Of a stretch of DNA of 64,000 nucleotides, positions 14,031-26,276 are shown one piece after another; position 1 is the stretch's first letter; each line of letters starts with the position of its first letter. The stretch covers positions 30,008,001 through 30,072,000 of the forward strand of contig OZ365110.1 in NCBI GenBank assembly GCA_977030845.1, in the 5' to 3' direction. The stretch is from Fimbriosthenelais zetlandica (lineage: Eukaryota). The notes under the pieces were generated by a model. It saw only the letters and a program-made list of their open reading frames with translations, was not told where the DNA came from and did not search any database. A program made the translations under genes and the position numbers.

Positions 14031-15059
14031 ACTCTTTGGTATATTTCTTTGTAATCTTAGCATATGAAATTATCCCGTTCTCTTCACTTAAAACATAGAC
14101 GTATAAGTAAACGGAATAGAAACATAGTCATTAGGCATATCCCCAACGATAATACAGCACGACCCTTGTGCACTCAACCTTCCAAGATCTGGCCTTTGTA
14201 TATTATGAAACCAGTCCGTTAGAAGGAGGGTGTTAAATATGGAAACTCGTGTACAAAACTGACAACAAAAATTATTAATGCGCAAACCATGACTTATAAT
14301 GTTAATAATTAATGCCCGGTAGGCCTAACGGTAGGGTTTAAGTTAAACTTAATAAGTAGGCCTACTGATAAAGCCTACCCGGTACCCAGGAACTTAAACC
14401 AATGAAAATAATCATAATAACTTAACTGTACAAGGGTCAAGGCACTCGTAAACCGGAGATCTTATTACAGGGGTGTGGGCCTACATGTACTATTAAATAA
14501 TATAGGCCTAGGTGTCTGTGACTGCATGTACGAGTCTATAGGCCTAGCTACAGGGTATTATAGGCCTACTTATATAGCGGGCCTAGATAGGGTAGCCTAT
14601 AGGCCTAGGCCTACATTCCTCTGTTCAGAGGGAATTGTAGATACTCTACTGTAGATACTCTGTTCCGGTACGGTACGTCGGTAGGCCAAGTCACCTTCCC
14701 TCCTCACACACACTGAGTTTGAATTAAACAGCACCAAAATTAGACAATTGGATGTGCTACCCATTATATCTAAAGGAATTTTATTTCATGCATTTGTAGG
14801 CATACCAACTAGATACTTTCTTTAGGTGTCCGTGTGTCTGGCCTTGCGCTGAGCCGGGCCGTGGGCGGGGCGCCGATCAGCTGTTCTTATTTATGTGTTA
14901 TATGCTGTCAAAATGTCTGACATGGGTCTTTTTGGTCATTAAACAAAGAAATGATGTGTCAGGTTTCGAATTAGTGTATTAGTGTACCTTGTTTTTTCAA
15001 AAGAAATGCAATAAACTTCATTTATTTCGTCATGGTGGTGGTATCTCCCACTCGTTTCC

Positions 15060-15170
15060 AGCGGAAGCGGGTATCTAGGTCACGCGGTTACTCTCAATTG
15101 GGTCAACTTCAGAACGAGGCTCTAACCGTGGACCCAAGTTATGGAAATCCAATATGGCGGGCAAGTAAAT
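15060..15170. promoter_or_regulatory. CpG-rich promoter module, related to 8740-8895 in inverted orientation
   Basis: CTAGGTCACG 15075, TTACTCTCAATTGGGTCA 15088-15105, TAACCGTGGACCCA 15123-15136, YY1-like AATATGGCGG 15151. Confidence 0.6.
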
Positions 15171-16346
15171 TAAATTAGATGAATCTGAATATGATAAAGA
15201 AAATAGCGACGAGAGGAAGTAATCCGATTTGTTACTCGTATCATGGGTGTATAAAGGATTATAGTGTGTTATTTAGATTTTATCTTCCATCAATCCTCCT
15301 GGGGTTAGCCCAAGAGACCCATGCCTACAGGCCATATTTAAAGCCATAGGCCTATATGCGCAAGCGAAGGTAGGGAGCCCTACCTATCCTATAGGCCTAG
15401 CCTACTTTAATTTTCTCATTCCATTCCATTTTTTCAGAGACTATGTATTCACATAGGCCTAGGCCTAGGCTTTAGCTCTACTATAGGCCTGTCTTTCCGC
15501 CGGTCTTTCCATCTTGTCGCTTTCTCGCCCAAATTGAGTTCCTACTTTTAAATCGCTCCGCCTTTGAAGTCACTTTTTCTTTTTGCGTCCTTCAGAACAT
15601 GGTGGAAATACGATTCCTGGAAAAATGTTGTCTGCTATTAGAGAACCTCGCTTTCATCAAAGATCAGCATATTCGCCTGAGAATTGCACTGCTTTGATCC
15701 TAGCGGGGGCAAAGAAAAAAGATCAACTTCTAACAAGTCCCCCTGAGCAGAACTAGGCCTAAATAGGCCTGCTAGGCACGCCATGTTCCCAGCGACACGT
15801 CCTGACGCTCCTCTCATTACATGCTAACATGTCATGCAACATGCATTTCTTGTGATCCATCACTTATTTTGTATTCGGCCCAAATATTATAATAGTTAGG
15901 TTTATTTTCCATAGGATGGTATTTGGCAGGCCTATTAACTACCCAAGCGTTATTCTTCTTTCAAGAAAACTTTCCTTTCAATCAAAAATATTAGGCCTAT
16001 ACATTCATATTATAGGCCTACTTTAAACAAAAAGAATTACTGCCATGGATTTCTGATTCCAACAATAGCGCACATGTAGTCCTATGCGTGGTTATTCATG
16101 CCTTCACTTCCGGCAGACTTTGATCTTTGACGTTACCTTGTAACTAAAGCCGTCACTAAGTAGGCAGGGTATGTTCGGGAGGTAATGTTGCCTTTCTAAC
16201 CCTAACATTAAGGGTACCTTCGTTGTTTTTGGAATTTTCATCTCCCTTGAGATGATTCCAAGATGTCCCCCGAGGGTTGTTACCTTGGAAACATGAGATT
16301 CCATGATTGTGTACGTGTTTATGGCGGAACCATTAGGGGGTTACCA

Positions 16347-16416
16347 CTGGGGTTAGATCTATCAAAGTCAGGTTCTGTGGTAATCCAGGGATTTGGGCAA
16401 AGAGATCTAACCCCAG
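16347..16416. repeat. Perfect 14-bp inverted repeat with 42-nt spacer (possible MITE remnant)
   Basis: CTGGGGTTAGATCT (16347-16360) / AGATCTAACCCCAG (16403-16416). Confidence 0.7.
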
Positions 16417-18129
16417 GGTTTAAACTAGTCTCTGAATAATGATCAAAGAATAACAAGAAAAGAAAGTTCAAACAGGTTCATCAGAAATGTATCCAACAAA
16501 ATTGGAAAATGCTACGTGAAATCATGACCAGAAAATGGTTTCATTGTCATAAGGCCTCTATAGGCCTACTCTATAGGCCTCTATAGGAGGATATTGAGGC
16601 ATTAGGGAGTTCTTTGATGGGCTGGGTTCTTTAGGCAGAATGCCAGGGATTTGTAAGTTTTTGCTGCTGTCTTGGAATCAAGGTGTGAATTATTAATCAA
16701 TCTGAGACGCTAGAGGGCGGTTAAAGGCGGGTAACACCTGTGTCTTTGCGACATGATCTTCACCATTGATCCTACTCCAGGGTAGTGAACTTTGAACTCT
16801 GATCTTCAGGGCCACCTGGTTGTGATCCCACTGCTTGGTGTCTTCTTGCTTTAACTGATACATGTACATGTAGGCTACCCTGGAGTGGAGTGTATGTAGG
16901 AGGCTACTATTTCTATAGTAAAAAAGAAAAGAGAAAAAGTGAAAAAGCGTTCCACCTTCCACCAGAGCAACTCAATAAGCAGACAAAGCCCCCATCAGCT
17001 CATGAATTGCTCAAAGCTCTTATTATGAGTCAATGGCACTGCAACATGACTTCCCACTCTCGCTGCTGCTCGGCTCTATTCGGAAGGGCTCGGCTATCTC
17101 CGGAAATGCTCGGCTCGGATTACATGGAGAGGGTCCCTAGCGAGGAGATCAATGTAGGGCGGGTGTTTTAATCCCTCCCAGAGAGGAGAGTGATACAAGG
17201 CCAGAGGAAACATAATGCAACTGACATAATGCAACCTGAAACATAAACCGACTACAAAAGCCGTAAAACTGCCATTGGAATTACAATATTTTTGATAGTT
17301 CTTTCTGACGCAAAACAATAACTTTTGTTTTTGTCGACTTTCATAAGTCAGAGTGCAGAAAATAGCACCTTCTTTCAACTCAGGGATAAATGTAATGATG
17401 GCAGTCGGAGCTATCTCAGCTCTCCTCCTCCCTACTAAATCTGTCCTGAGGCCAGTATTTAAGTGAAATAAAACCGCGACTAAAATTACAATGAAACAGC
17501 ATTACACGAACGTACGCCATTTTGTAGGGGGGTGGGAAGGGTATCATTGAAATCCGCAAATGACAGCTAGTGCAATATTTATATTATATTCACTTCCATA
17601 TTATTATTTCGGGAAATTTTGCAATATATTAGGCCTAAATTAAGGTTGTGTTGGCGGCCTCGATTTCCATCTCCTCATGTTTCAAGGACTCATGTAAATT
17701 ATTCATACAGCAGGGGATTAGTCTCCACAGGAATCAGAGCCCATCAAGGCAAAACATATGTGTCACAAGCCCCTTACATTGAACCCGAGGCGTGTTTAAT
17801 TGAAAATGAATCTTTATACAGATTTTGCTATGTGCTATATTACGTGCAATCTTCGATCCTAGCAGTCTACGCCTAGCCGAATCTAACAAAGGGAACATTT
17901 GTCGTAGTACATGCAGTTATAGGAATGAATTGTTTCTAATATACAAATTTCCTTATTAGTTTGATTTTGGAAACTAAACCTTAGGCCTATATTTAAACGG
18001 GGATCTCAGTGGAACTTATGGCACTGCGTTCTGCAAGCCGTGTATAGGTCGTGACATCCACCCACGCACCCCACCCATCTCCCCACCATCCAAGCCCCAA
18101 TCATGCAGGTGTGCAAATTGCCATGAAAT

Positions 18130-18270
18130 CCTAGAAGGCCTGGGGCGTTGTTCGGGCGTTCCTAGAAGCCGGAAAGTCGGGCCTGCACGTGCCGCCCGTC
18201 CGCCACCCCAATCGGGTCACTTCCGGCAGCGCGCGCTTCTCCGCTATTTCAATCAGAGGCGCAACAATGG
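18130..18270. promoter_or_regulatory. CpG-rich promoter-like module
   Basis: ETS cores (CCGGAA, ACTTCCGG), CCAAT, CACGTG and GCGCGC in a locally GC-rich patch. Confidence 0.45.
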
Positions 18271-18546
18271 CTCTGCAGAGCCTCCCCTGGTGGGTGATCT
18301 GATGGATATGAACTGTCTTTGTGAAGTGCAGGGGGCTGCGGTCAAGGCCCGTTTTGCTAAAGTCTTTGTCATAAACGTTTGATAATATCACATTATCAGT
18401 TTGTACTGTAGTTTGTACTCTTTAGGCCATGAAACATTCGGGGGAGGTTTGGGCAGGGGCGAAATAACAATCGCAATATTTTGTTTTGGTTTCTGTGCTT
18501 AAATTGTCTCATGTTGCTCCTTTCTTCCGCTTTATTCATTTTATGT

Positions 18547-18587
18547 GCTACAATTAGGTCGACTTAGGCTACAATTAGGTCGACTTA
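18547..18587. repeat. 21-bp tandem duplication
   Basis: GCTACAATTAGGTCGACTTA occurs twice. Confidence 0.85.
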
Positions 18588-19374
18588 CCCTTAATAATTA
18601 GATAGCTAGGCCGATCACTCCAACAATTTTACTGCAGTACCGTTCTATGTACATACAGTTTTCTTTCCAACAGAAGTAGACTCTCTGGTGAAACAAGTAT
18701 AGCATTGACATCAATATGGAACGCATGCGCACGGTTGTCCACGCGGGAGTTCTCGCGGCGGCGAGACAATATGAGAATGACAATGTGCCAATTTGAACAT
18801 GCACATCAAAGTGAGGCCATGTCGGCCATGACGGAAACATGGCGGCTGTCTTTAATTATCCCTGAGTGTGATACATGGTGGAGTAGTAGATCATTTTAGA
18901 CTCAGTCTAGCTCTTTGGGCCATTATGGGCAATCCTAATGCCTCACGTGACTTCAGTGGACGATAATAGGACCAAATGATGGTCTCTGAGCCAAGGTTGC
19001 TTTCTGGATCCAGATCTAAGCTTTTATACGTCATTACACTGGCTATGATAATGGATAACCCGCAGTGACGCATATCCATTTGGCAATAAGCGGATTTGAT
19101 GCAGGATTCATGAAAAATTAGTTTTATAGGCCCATCCTGTACAGTAGGGAACATATAGTATGGTACAAAAAAAGATGAAGCCTCAATCTTTGTATAAAGA
19201 TCGGTTTCCATACACTACCTGTAGCTATCTAACATTTCCACATACTACTTTCACTCGAAAATACTCTTGAACACGTCGGGTACTAGATACACCGTTCTAA
19301 ATATCCTAAAATGAATTATAATTAAACTAGGCAGCATCATCCCATGCGAAATTGATTGTAGCTAAGTGTCTATC

Positions 19375-19570
19375 TGTCGGCCATCTTGTTTTTTTAACAA
19401 GATGGCGGACCGTGATGACTTGTTACTAACGATCTTGCCCGCCTTCCGGGCATGCCTCTCTCACTCAGCCTCGTTCTGACTGGGGGAACACGTGACCAGC
19501 GTCTCGCCAGCGTCCCTAATCAGCGTGATAAATGATGCGGAGGTAATTTCACGGCCGCCATCTTGATAAG
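19375..19570. promoter_or_regulatory. Promoter-like module with three YY1-type sites
   Basis: GCCATCTTG 19380, CAAGATGGC 19398, GCCATCTTG 19557. Shares CTTGCCCGCC and AGCCTCGTTCTGA with the 15.1-kb module. Confidence 0.55.
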
Positions 19571-20897
19571 CTAGTGGATCCTTCTCTCTCCCTCTCCACC
19601 TCACCCCTCCTCCGCATTCCCAACCGCTCGTCTATCAGACTTTCCGACTTGCACAGTTCCGTAATAAAATGTATCTAACATGCCATTGCACAAGCATAGA
19701 CAATGCAAATATGGATAATTGTGTACACTTATAGGGCTAGAATTTGTATTTGTATTGTATTAGTCCATATATCCGATATAATTTTCGGTGAGAAAAGTCT
19801 CTTAAGTGATCATAGATTTCTTTGTTTAGAAAATTTAGATTTGAATGTTTCTGTGAAGAAAGAGTCTTTGCACGTCTATGTCCATTATACGTCCATCCAT
19901 TGCACCTCCCCACACTAAAAACAGATAATGAATAAATGAGGAAATTACACCGTCGGCTTCGTTGTTATGCCGCGCGCGCCGATAGGCGGACTTCCGGTGA
20001 GGGAGGGAGGTAAACTAGCTTTATAACTTGGGTAATATTGTTACTAGGCACCACTCGAACCTGGTTTTCCCCTCCATTTCTATTGTCCTACAATATTTTA
20101 TAAAATGTTTTAAACTATAGCCTGCGCATTAATTGTTTAGCATAATTAAAACATCATATTAAGAGTTCCATTACTGCTCCTGACTCAAATGTTTCATTCA
20201 CGTATCATTTCCTTTATTCAACTTATATAGTCCTTACATTCGTTCATGTTATAAAAGGATTTATATAAAATCACTGATCAAATCCAAGCGATTAAAATTT
20301 TGATAAGAGGTTTAAACGTGTTTAAATGACCTTAGGCCTGACATTTAACAATGCCAACATTCCCAGGAAAACCACGTGATCATAATTAAGGAAAGACCTC
20401 ATTGAGGGGTTATTAATGCAGACACATGCGCGCGACTCATTGTGTATTGTCCTCGGCTTGTCTCTCATTGATCAGAGCGCCCTCTTGGATAAAGGATGAA
20501 GGGCTATTCCCACAGCGATAGGGCCCCACTAGAGGACCCACCGATCCTCTTATGGCGCTCATCTTTGCACATGCGCGTCAGGGATCTACTCATTGCATTT
20601 TTCCCAATAGATCTGCGCGGCTGAGGTCTTTTCAAATTTTCTCCATGTTCCCGTTTTACCTTATCACGGTTTCCGTTTCTCGATTTATAATGTCTGAGTG
20701 GCCTGCATGTATATTTTAGAGAGTATGTCGAAATAATATCACATTAGAAAGTACACCATTTACTCATTTTCAGGTTGAAATTGATATCAACAAATCTCTC
20801 TCCTAATAATCTATTAAAGTACCGGATTTAAACCCCATATAGGAATTGTCAGGTGTGATCATAGCAATGTAATCGCCCTTCTCATGTCAGATTAATA

Positions 20898-20911
20898 GTT
20901 ACCATGGCAAC
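20898..20911. promoter_or_regulatory. RFX X-box
   Basis: GTTACCATGGCAAC matches the RFX consensus GTNRCC(N)RGYAAC. Confidence 0.6.
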
Positions 20912-23900
20912 AGAGACCTGCAAACACCTGTAGCAGGGGGAGATTAGTAACTGTAATCCACACCAGAGGGACATGGTTACGAGAAATTCTCTGGTGCGTA
21001 TCCAACCATGGAAATCGGGTTCTTTTTCATGTCATACCGCCCGTGCAGCTGGAATGTCTTAAATTCTGTGATACGGTATAATATTAAATGTTAATTTTAA
21101 AATGGACAGATTGCAGAAAGCAGATCCAAATCCACTGAATGAAGGGATGGATACTAAAGGAGTAAAAAAGCCAATATAATATTGAATAAATAGGTCATGA
21201 AAGGGATGAGAATGAAATTTTTAGTAGCCTCGAAACAAAACCTGGTAATTTGAAAATACCAATAGAATTTTCGTCCTCGACTTGGTCAATTCAAAGTTTC
21301 TCAGTTTCTGATTTCTTTAAAATGCAAACATGTATTGCTTGTTTCACAACGGTCTAGTAGCCTATTATCATGCTATGCAACCAGTCCCAACATTCCACAG
21401 CATTCTTCCCTTCCTTACTAAACCACCATTAGTTTGTTTTCAACCCATTTTATAACGGGTATTCCCACGGGTCAATCTGAGATCAAAGCCCGCAAATTAT
21501 TTGGTCATCCTTTACGTATTTACTTCATTCAAACCACTCTTCAAACTTCAAGGAGGAAGTCTTGTTGGTTCACATGCATTTAATCGCTCCCTGAAGTACA
21601 CACATTTACTGATTGCAATTGTTGATGTAATGTTTAAGTAGTTTGTTGTTGTCTCTGGTGTTGGTTCGTGTAAACGTGGTTACATGTAGAGACACAAAGT
21701 AAAACTGTGATGTGAGGGGACAAGGATAGGCGAGGATTATACAAAACTTTTAAGACGAACTTTTATTTTGGAAATACGACAAAGAAAAAAATTATTCAGC
21801 TGCATTAACTCTATAATTATTCCCTGGGGATGTGTAACGTTGTTGTCCCCTTCATCACCTCGGCTTTACCTGTAATTCTTAAATTCTGAACAAAGAAGTA
21901 GATCGTCTTTGAAGTCTTGTGTCTGAAGATTTGGATGGGTCAGATATTTCAGCTGTAGTGGTACATATGGGGATTAAGCCTGGGCGGTGCCCTAATCTAG
22001 CGAGAAATGTGTCAGTTAGTTGACGAGTTGGTTAAAATAACATCCTGTAATCTGCCAATATTAAAGGTTTATAGGTGTGTATATATGGATGACGGATTAA
22101 GGCGAGTACAACATGGACGGTTAAAACCCATGCCTGTCCCTCAGGCCACAAGCCTTCATATTACAAAATCTGATGCAGCCAGGTTCTATTTTATTCCTAA
22201 GCCTAATTACGCAGGAAAATATAATTTACTAGTTATAGGAATGGCAAGTGGGCTGTCACTAATCCCGCTACTCTGGTACCATATATGAAATATATTATTC
22301 ATCTCTGTGTATTTCTTATATAATGTTCTGTCTGAATTGTCCACCTATATTATGGCAAAAATATTTACTTGTACGTTTGAACGAACCTCAAGATGGTATC
22401 AGGCCTAGCCTTGCCATGCGATTGTAATGTCTGGTTTGAAAATTGATTTTAAAAGATTTCTGACCGTGTAGACACTTCAGTGTGTCTGATATAGGGTCTC
22501 TGACATGAACAAAATACTGAAATATCCTTGTAATTTCCCCGTCTGTCAATCAAAGGAGCCTGTGTCAGTGGAGAATCCCATTAATTTGTGACATCCATAC
22601 TGCGCATAGCTGTCACAATTGTCAGATGTCACAGCAGGTGAGAGATATGACAGAGACCAGGAGGTACTGATCGTTTTATCAGAACCTACTAGGATACCAG
22701 TAGGGAACCAAGCGATTATTATGGGATGGTACCAGGCCGAGTTGGGAACCAGGAGTGACTATGGCAACAGGCAGGAAGAGTGGCCTAATGATCGAAATTT
22801 GAAATAATAATATTTAATGATTGAAGAACAGTAGAATAATATGGTGATGATATGCATAAAATATAGTGCAAGAGAATGGGTGGGCACCGACAATTAAGCA
22901 TCGATGGCAAAATGTAAGCCTAAATTAAGGGCATATCGTTTGCTGTCTTGCCACTTTCGCATATTCAAACAGCTGGTCTCTATACTGACATCGTCTGTTT
23001 ATTATAAAGGGGAACAAGTTATCATATCACTACTGTGACTGTTGTCATATCACTGCTGTGACACTTGACATTCATCTCATACCCCATCACCCTCCCACTA
23101 ACATTTGACCACCCTTTATAGAGTGCATGCTTGAACATATATGATATATCCTTCACTGGCTATATAATAGGCTCTAAGATGTAAATTAAACATGGGCCTA
23201 TAAGTTAACCTTAGTCCTAGCCTGGTACCTGAGCGAAGGCGTTTATTTTCTCTCTTTGCAACGATTTTCCTTCCTTTTTTCTTCTAGCATTCCAGAGCAA
23301 ACATGACTTGTAAAAGAGGGTATAAAATGAGTTATATGTGCCTATTTATCCTCTATGCACGCCTTGGACACGCCAATTTTCCTATAGCGCAAGTTGTCGT
23401 GTTGTCAGTCGATTTTCAGACCACATGAAAGGCCAGAAATGACCAACACAATGGTCAGTACATTGTCCAGAGTCGGCTTGACCAGTGAAAACTGACAAGC
23501 ACGCTAGGGCGAGGTCAGAAGGGAACTTATCTCCAAGGGAGGGGGCGTGAGAAAGTCAATGGTCATGTTAAGCTCCTTTAGTCAATGATTTATTAATAAA
23601 TAATTTATTTTCAACGCTACATAATATATGCATGTAGCCTATATATTACACATTTAATATTATTTTTCTTATGCCTAATTTCCTTATTCGGTCCCCTTCT
23701 TTCGCTTCACAGAAACATAAAAATGCCGGAAAGTCTAAAATCATCGGTAGTTTACCATTGGCTATATACCGAGAACTTCAAAAAGATGCATATCATAAAA
23801 GATATCATTATTGTTAACCTAATCTTGACGACCCCTATTCTAGGGGATTTTCTATGTGCATCTGATGTATAGAGATCATGGTGCATGATACTTGAGATAA

Positions 23901-26202
23901 GTTCTGGAGGCATTGCCCTTTTTAGATGTAAGCCTACTATAGTAAGACCCCACAGATTACAGATAGGTGGTAGAGATATAGGTGCCCCTACCCCCGGGCA
24001 CTTTCTATAGACCTCCCCGATTCTTAAACCCTTAAGAATTTCTTTTATCCACATGTGTATTTTTGTCTGGGAATATTACGAAATTTCAGTGCTGATATTG
24101 CATCCCCTATCCCATATATTTTCATTTTCCATAGTAAAAGAAACATATGGCGCCACAAAATGACAAGACAGGGCTCTTTTGACGCGCTTTACGTTAATAA
24201 ATTAAATATTCCTTTTAATTTAAGAAGGGATTTTAGATATGAATCCCATTTTTTAGTACAAAATTTAATGTGCATGTCGTTCTTCTAAAGAAGTGCAGCA
24301 GAGCTATCAGTATAATATTATAGTTCCTTGTTAGGACACAGATGTTTGACTGGTCACATCTCATTAGCATATTACCATGGTAATTTCTCACGTTGGTACC
24401 TGACACCACCTACTGTAGACACCACCTGTATGTATATAACACACCTGGGTGGTGTATCTAGTCACTCCTTATCTCTCACCTGCCCAGAGTCACTAGCTAT
24501 CATCCTGTGTATCTAATTACGTGATTTCTGATGAATACTCTATTTTTGAACTCTGTCTATTTTATTCATGAAATAATGCACGAATATTTGTAATATTTCC
24601 ATTTAAACACGAAAATCTTGGAATTCTGTGATGGTGAGGATAATGATTTTTTGGGGACATTTTTTCATGGTCAGTCCCTATCAAATAATTATATTCAGTA
24701 ATGATTTCTCTGTCGAGCAATCTTTGGTTATAAAGAATTGTGGGAATTTAAAACTTTTAAAGTGACACATGAACTTGAACTTGTGCGAAAAGGGTTAATA
24801 AATATACCAGCATGACCATTGGAGACGCGGGTTTTAACATGTGTGACCATAATCATGTGTGGGTCACGGTGGACAAGAGTTCATATGTTGCGCCAGAGGC
24901 TAAAATGCCATAACTGACAATCACTTTATCATCTGTCATTTTTTTACTGGACCCAGTCCAATGACATAGAGATTCAAGTTACAATTGGCTTTGCACAAGT
25001 TTACCTTCTAAAATTACAAAACTATTATATTGATAGTGGAAGCAATTATTCCAAAATAAAATCATCAGGCATTGGCCTATGTTTTTCAATGCCTGCATGG
25101 TAGTGGAACCAACTGTAAATAGGGCATATCATTTGCCCATGATTCCCCAGGTCTTGGATGACCATATTGTTAATGTGTGGCCATTGAGGCATGATATTTT
25201 ATTTTGGTAGCCTATGTCCAAGGTACGTCCAGTCACGGTCAGTGCCTCCACACCTGGCTAGCCTTTGATGTCTCGACTTGGGGACAGGCGGAGTTGGAGA
25301 GGGAAGGTGGGAGGCCCTCCAGGCTTTTCTCTAACCTTTATAGTGCATGCTATATCCACCCTGGAGGGAAACACGTGTTCGTCAGCATTGCTATGTATGT
25401 TCTGTGCACATTATCATATTTGTATAGTGATATTTTACCTAATTCATAAAGATATCGACAAATATATCAACAAATAGGTACATATATGATTGTCTCTGTT
25501 AGCGGAGGCTTTAAAATACATCAAAACTTGGTTGGAAGGTGCACAGTAGTATACAATATTTTAAGTGTAGAATGTACCACCAAAATAAATTGCCACAAAG
25601 TTTTTCAGCTGGAAAAGAGCCTGGAGACAAAGGGACTGGTTGGTCAGACCTGGGAGCCATGTACTCGTTAAATGTAGCATGTATAAGGCCATAGAAATTA
25701 CACTGAAACATTCCTATACTCAATGAAATTGGTTGATCATTCCTTTAAATCAGAAATCCCACTTTAAGACAAGTAGTAAATGAATATATATCGTGAATAT
25801 CTCATGTAGGATTGAAACTTGGGGAAATATAAAGGAAATAATTATAGAAGTCATAAGAAAACTGGTCAAATCCTTTTTTTGCATTTCTAAATGACAATAG
25901 GGAAAGAGAAAATATTTTCAATAGTTGTTTTGGCCTGGTAGAAGTCTAGATATGACCGTGGCCTATAGCCTGGGGATGAGGTATGGATTCATCTATTGTG
26001 CTGTTCACATGTAAAGGCAGGAAATGTAGTAACTCGCATAATGAACTGGAGAAAGGGGCGGAGAGTTCAAGAGGTATAGCCAGCTAGGTCGGATAAGCTT
26101 AGGGCACATGTGAAAGTTCGTCTAATGAGGGCACAAACCATATCCATCTTCAATCCTAATGAACGGAAATCACTGTCATGGTTTTCAACAAATCTCAACA
26201 GT

Positions 26203-26276
26203 AGCTGGTATAGTCTTTTCAGATCAACTTGATACCTATAGACTGGCTATCAAGTTGAGCCGAGAAAGACTTTAGC
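26203..26276 (+). ncRNA. Pre-miRNA-like hairpin (candidate; strand not established)
   Basis: TCAACTTGATA (26224-26234) pairs perfectly with TATCAAGTTGA (26248-26258); AGTCTTT pairs with AAAGACT; weaker basal pairing GCTGG/TTAGC. No match to a miRNA I recognise. Confidence 0.3.

Noticed and set aside
19412-19479. C/D-box snoRNA (GTGATGA ... CTGA, 68 nt)
   Set aside because: No terminal stem, no recognisable rRNA guide, and the D-box word is part of a motif shared with the 15.1-kb promoter module.
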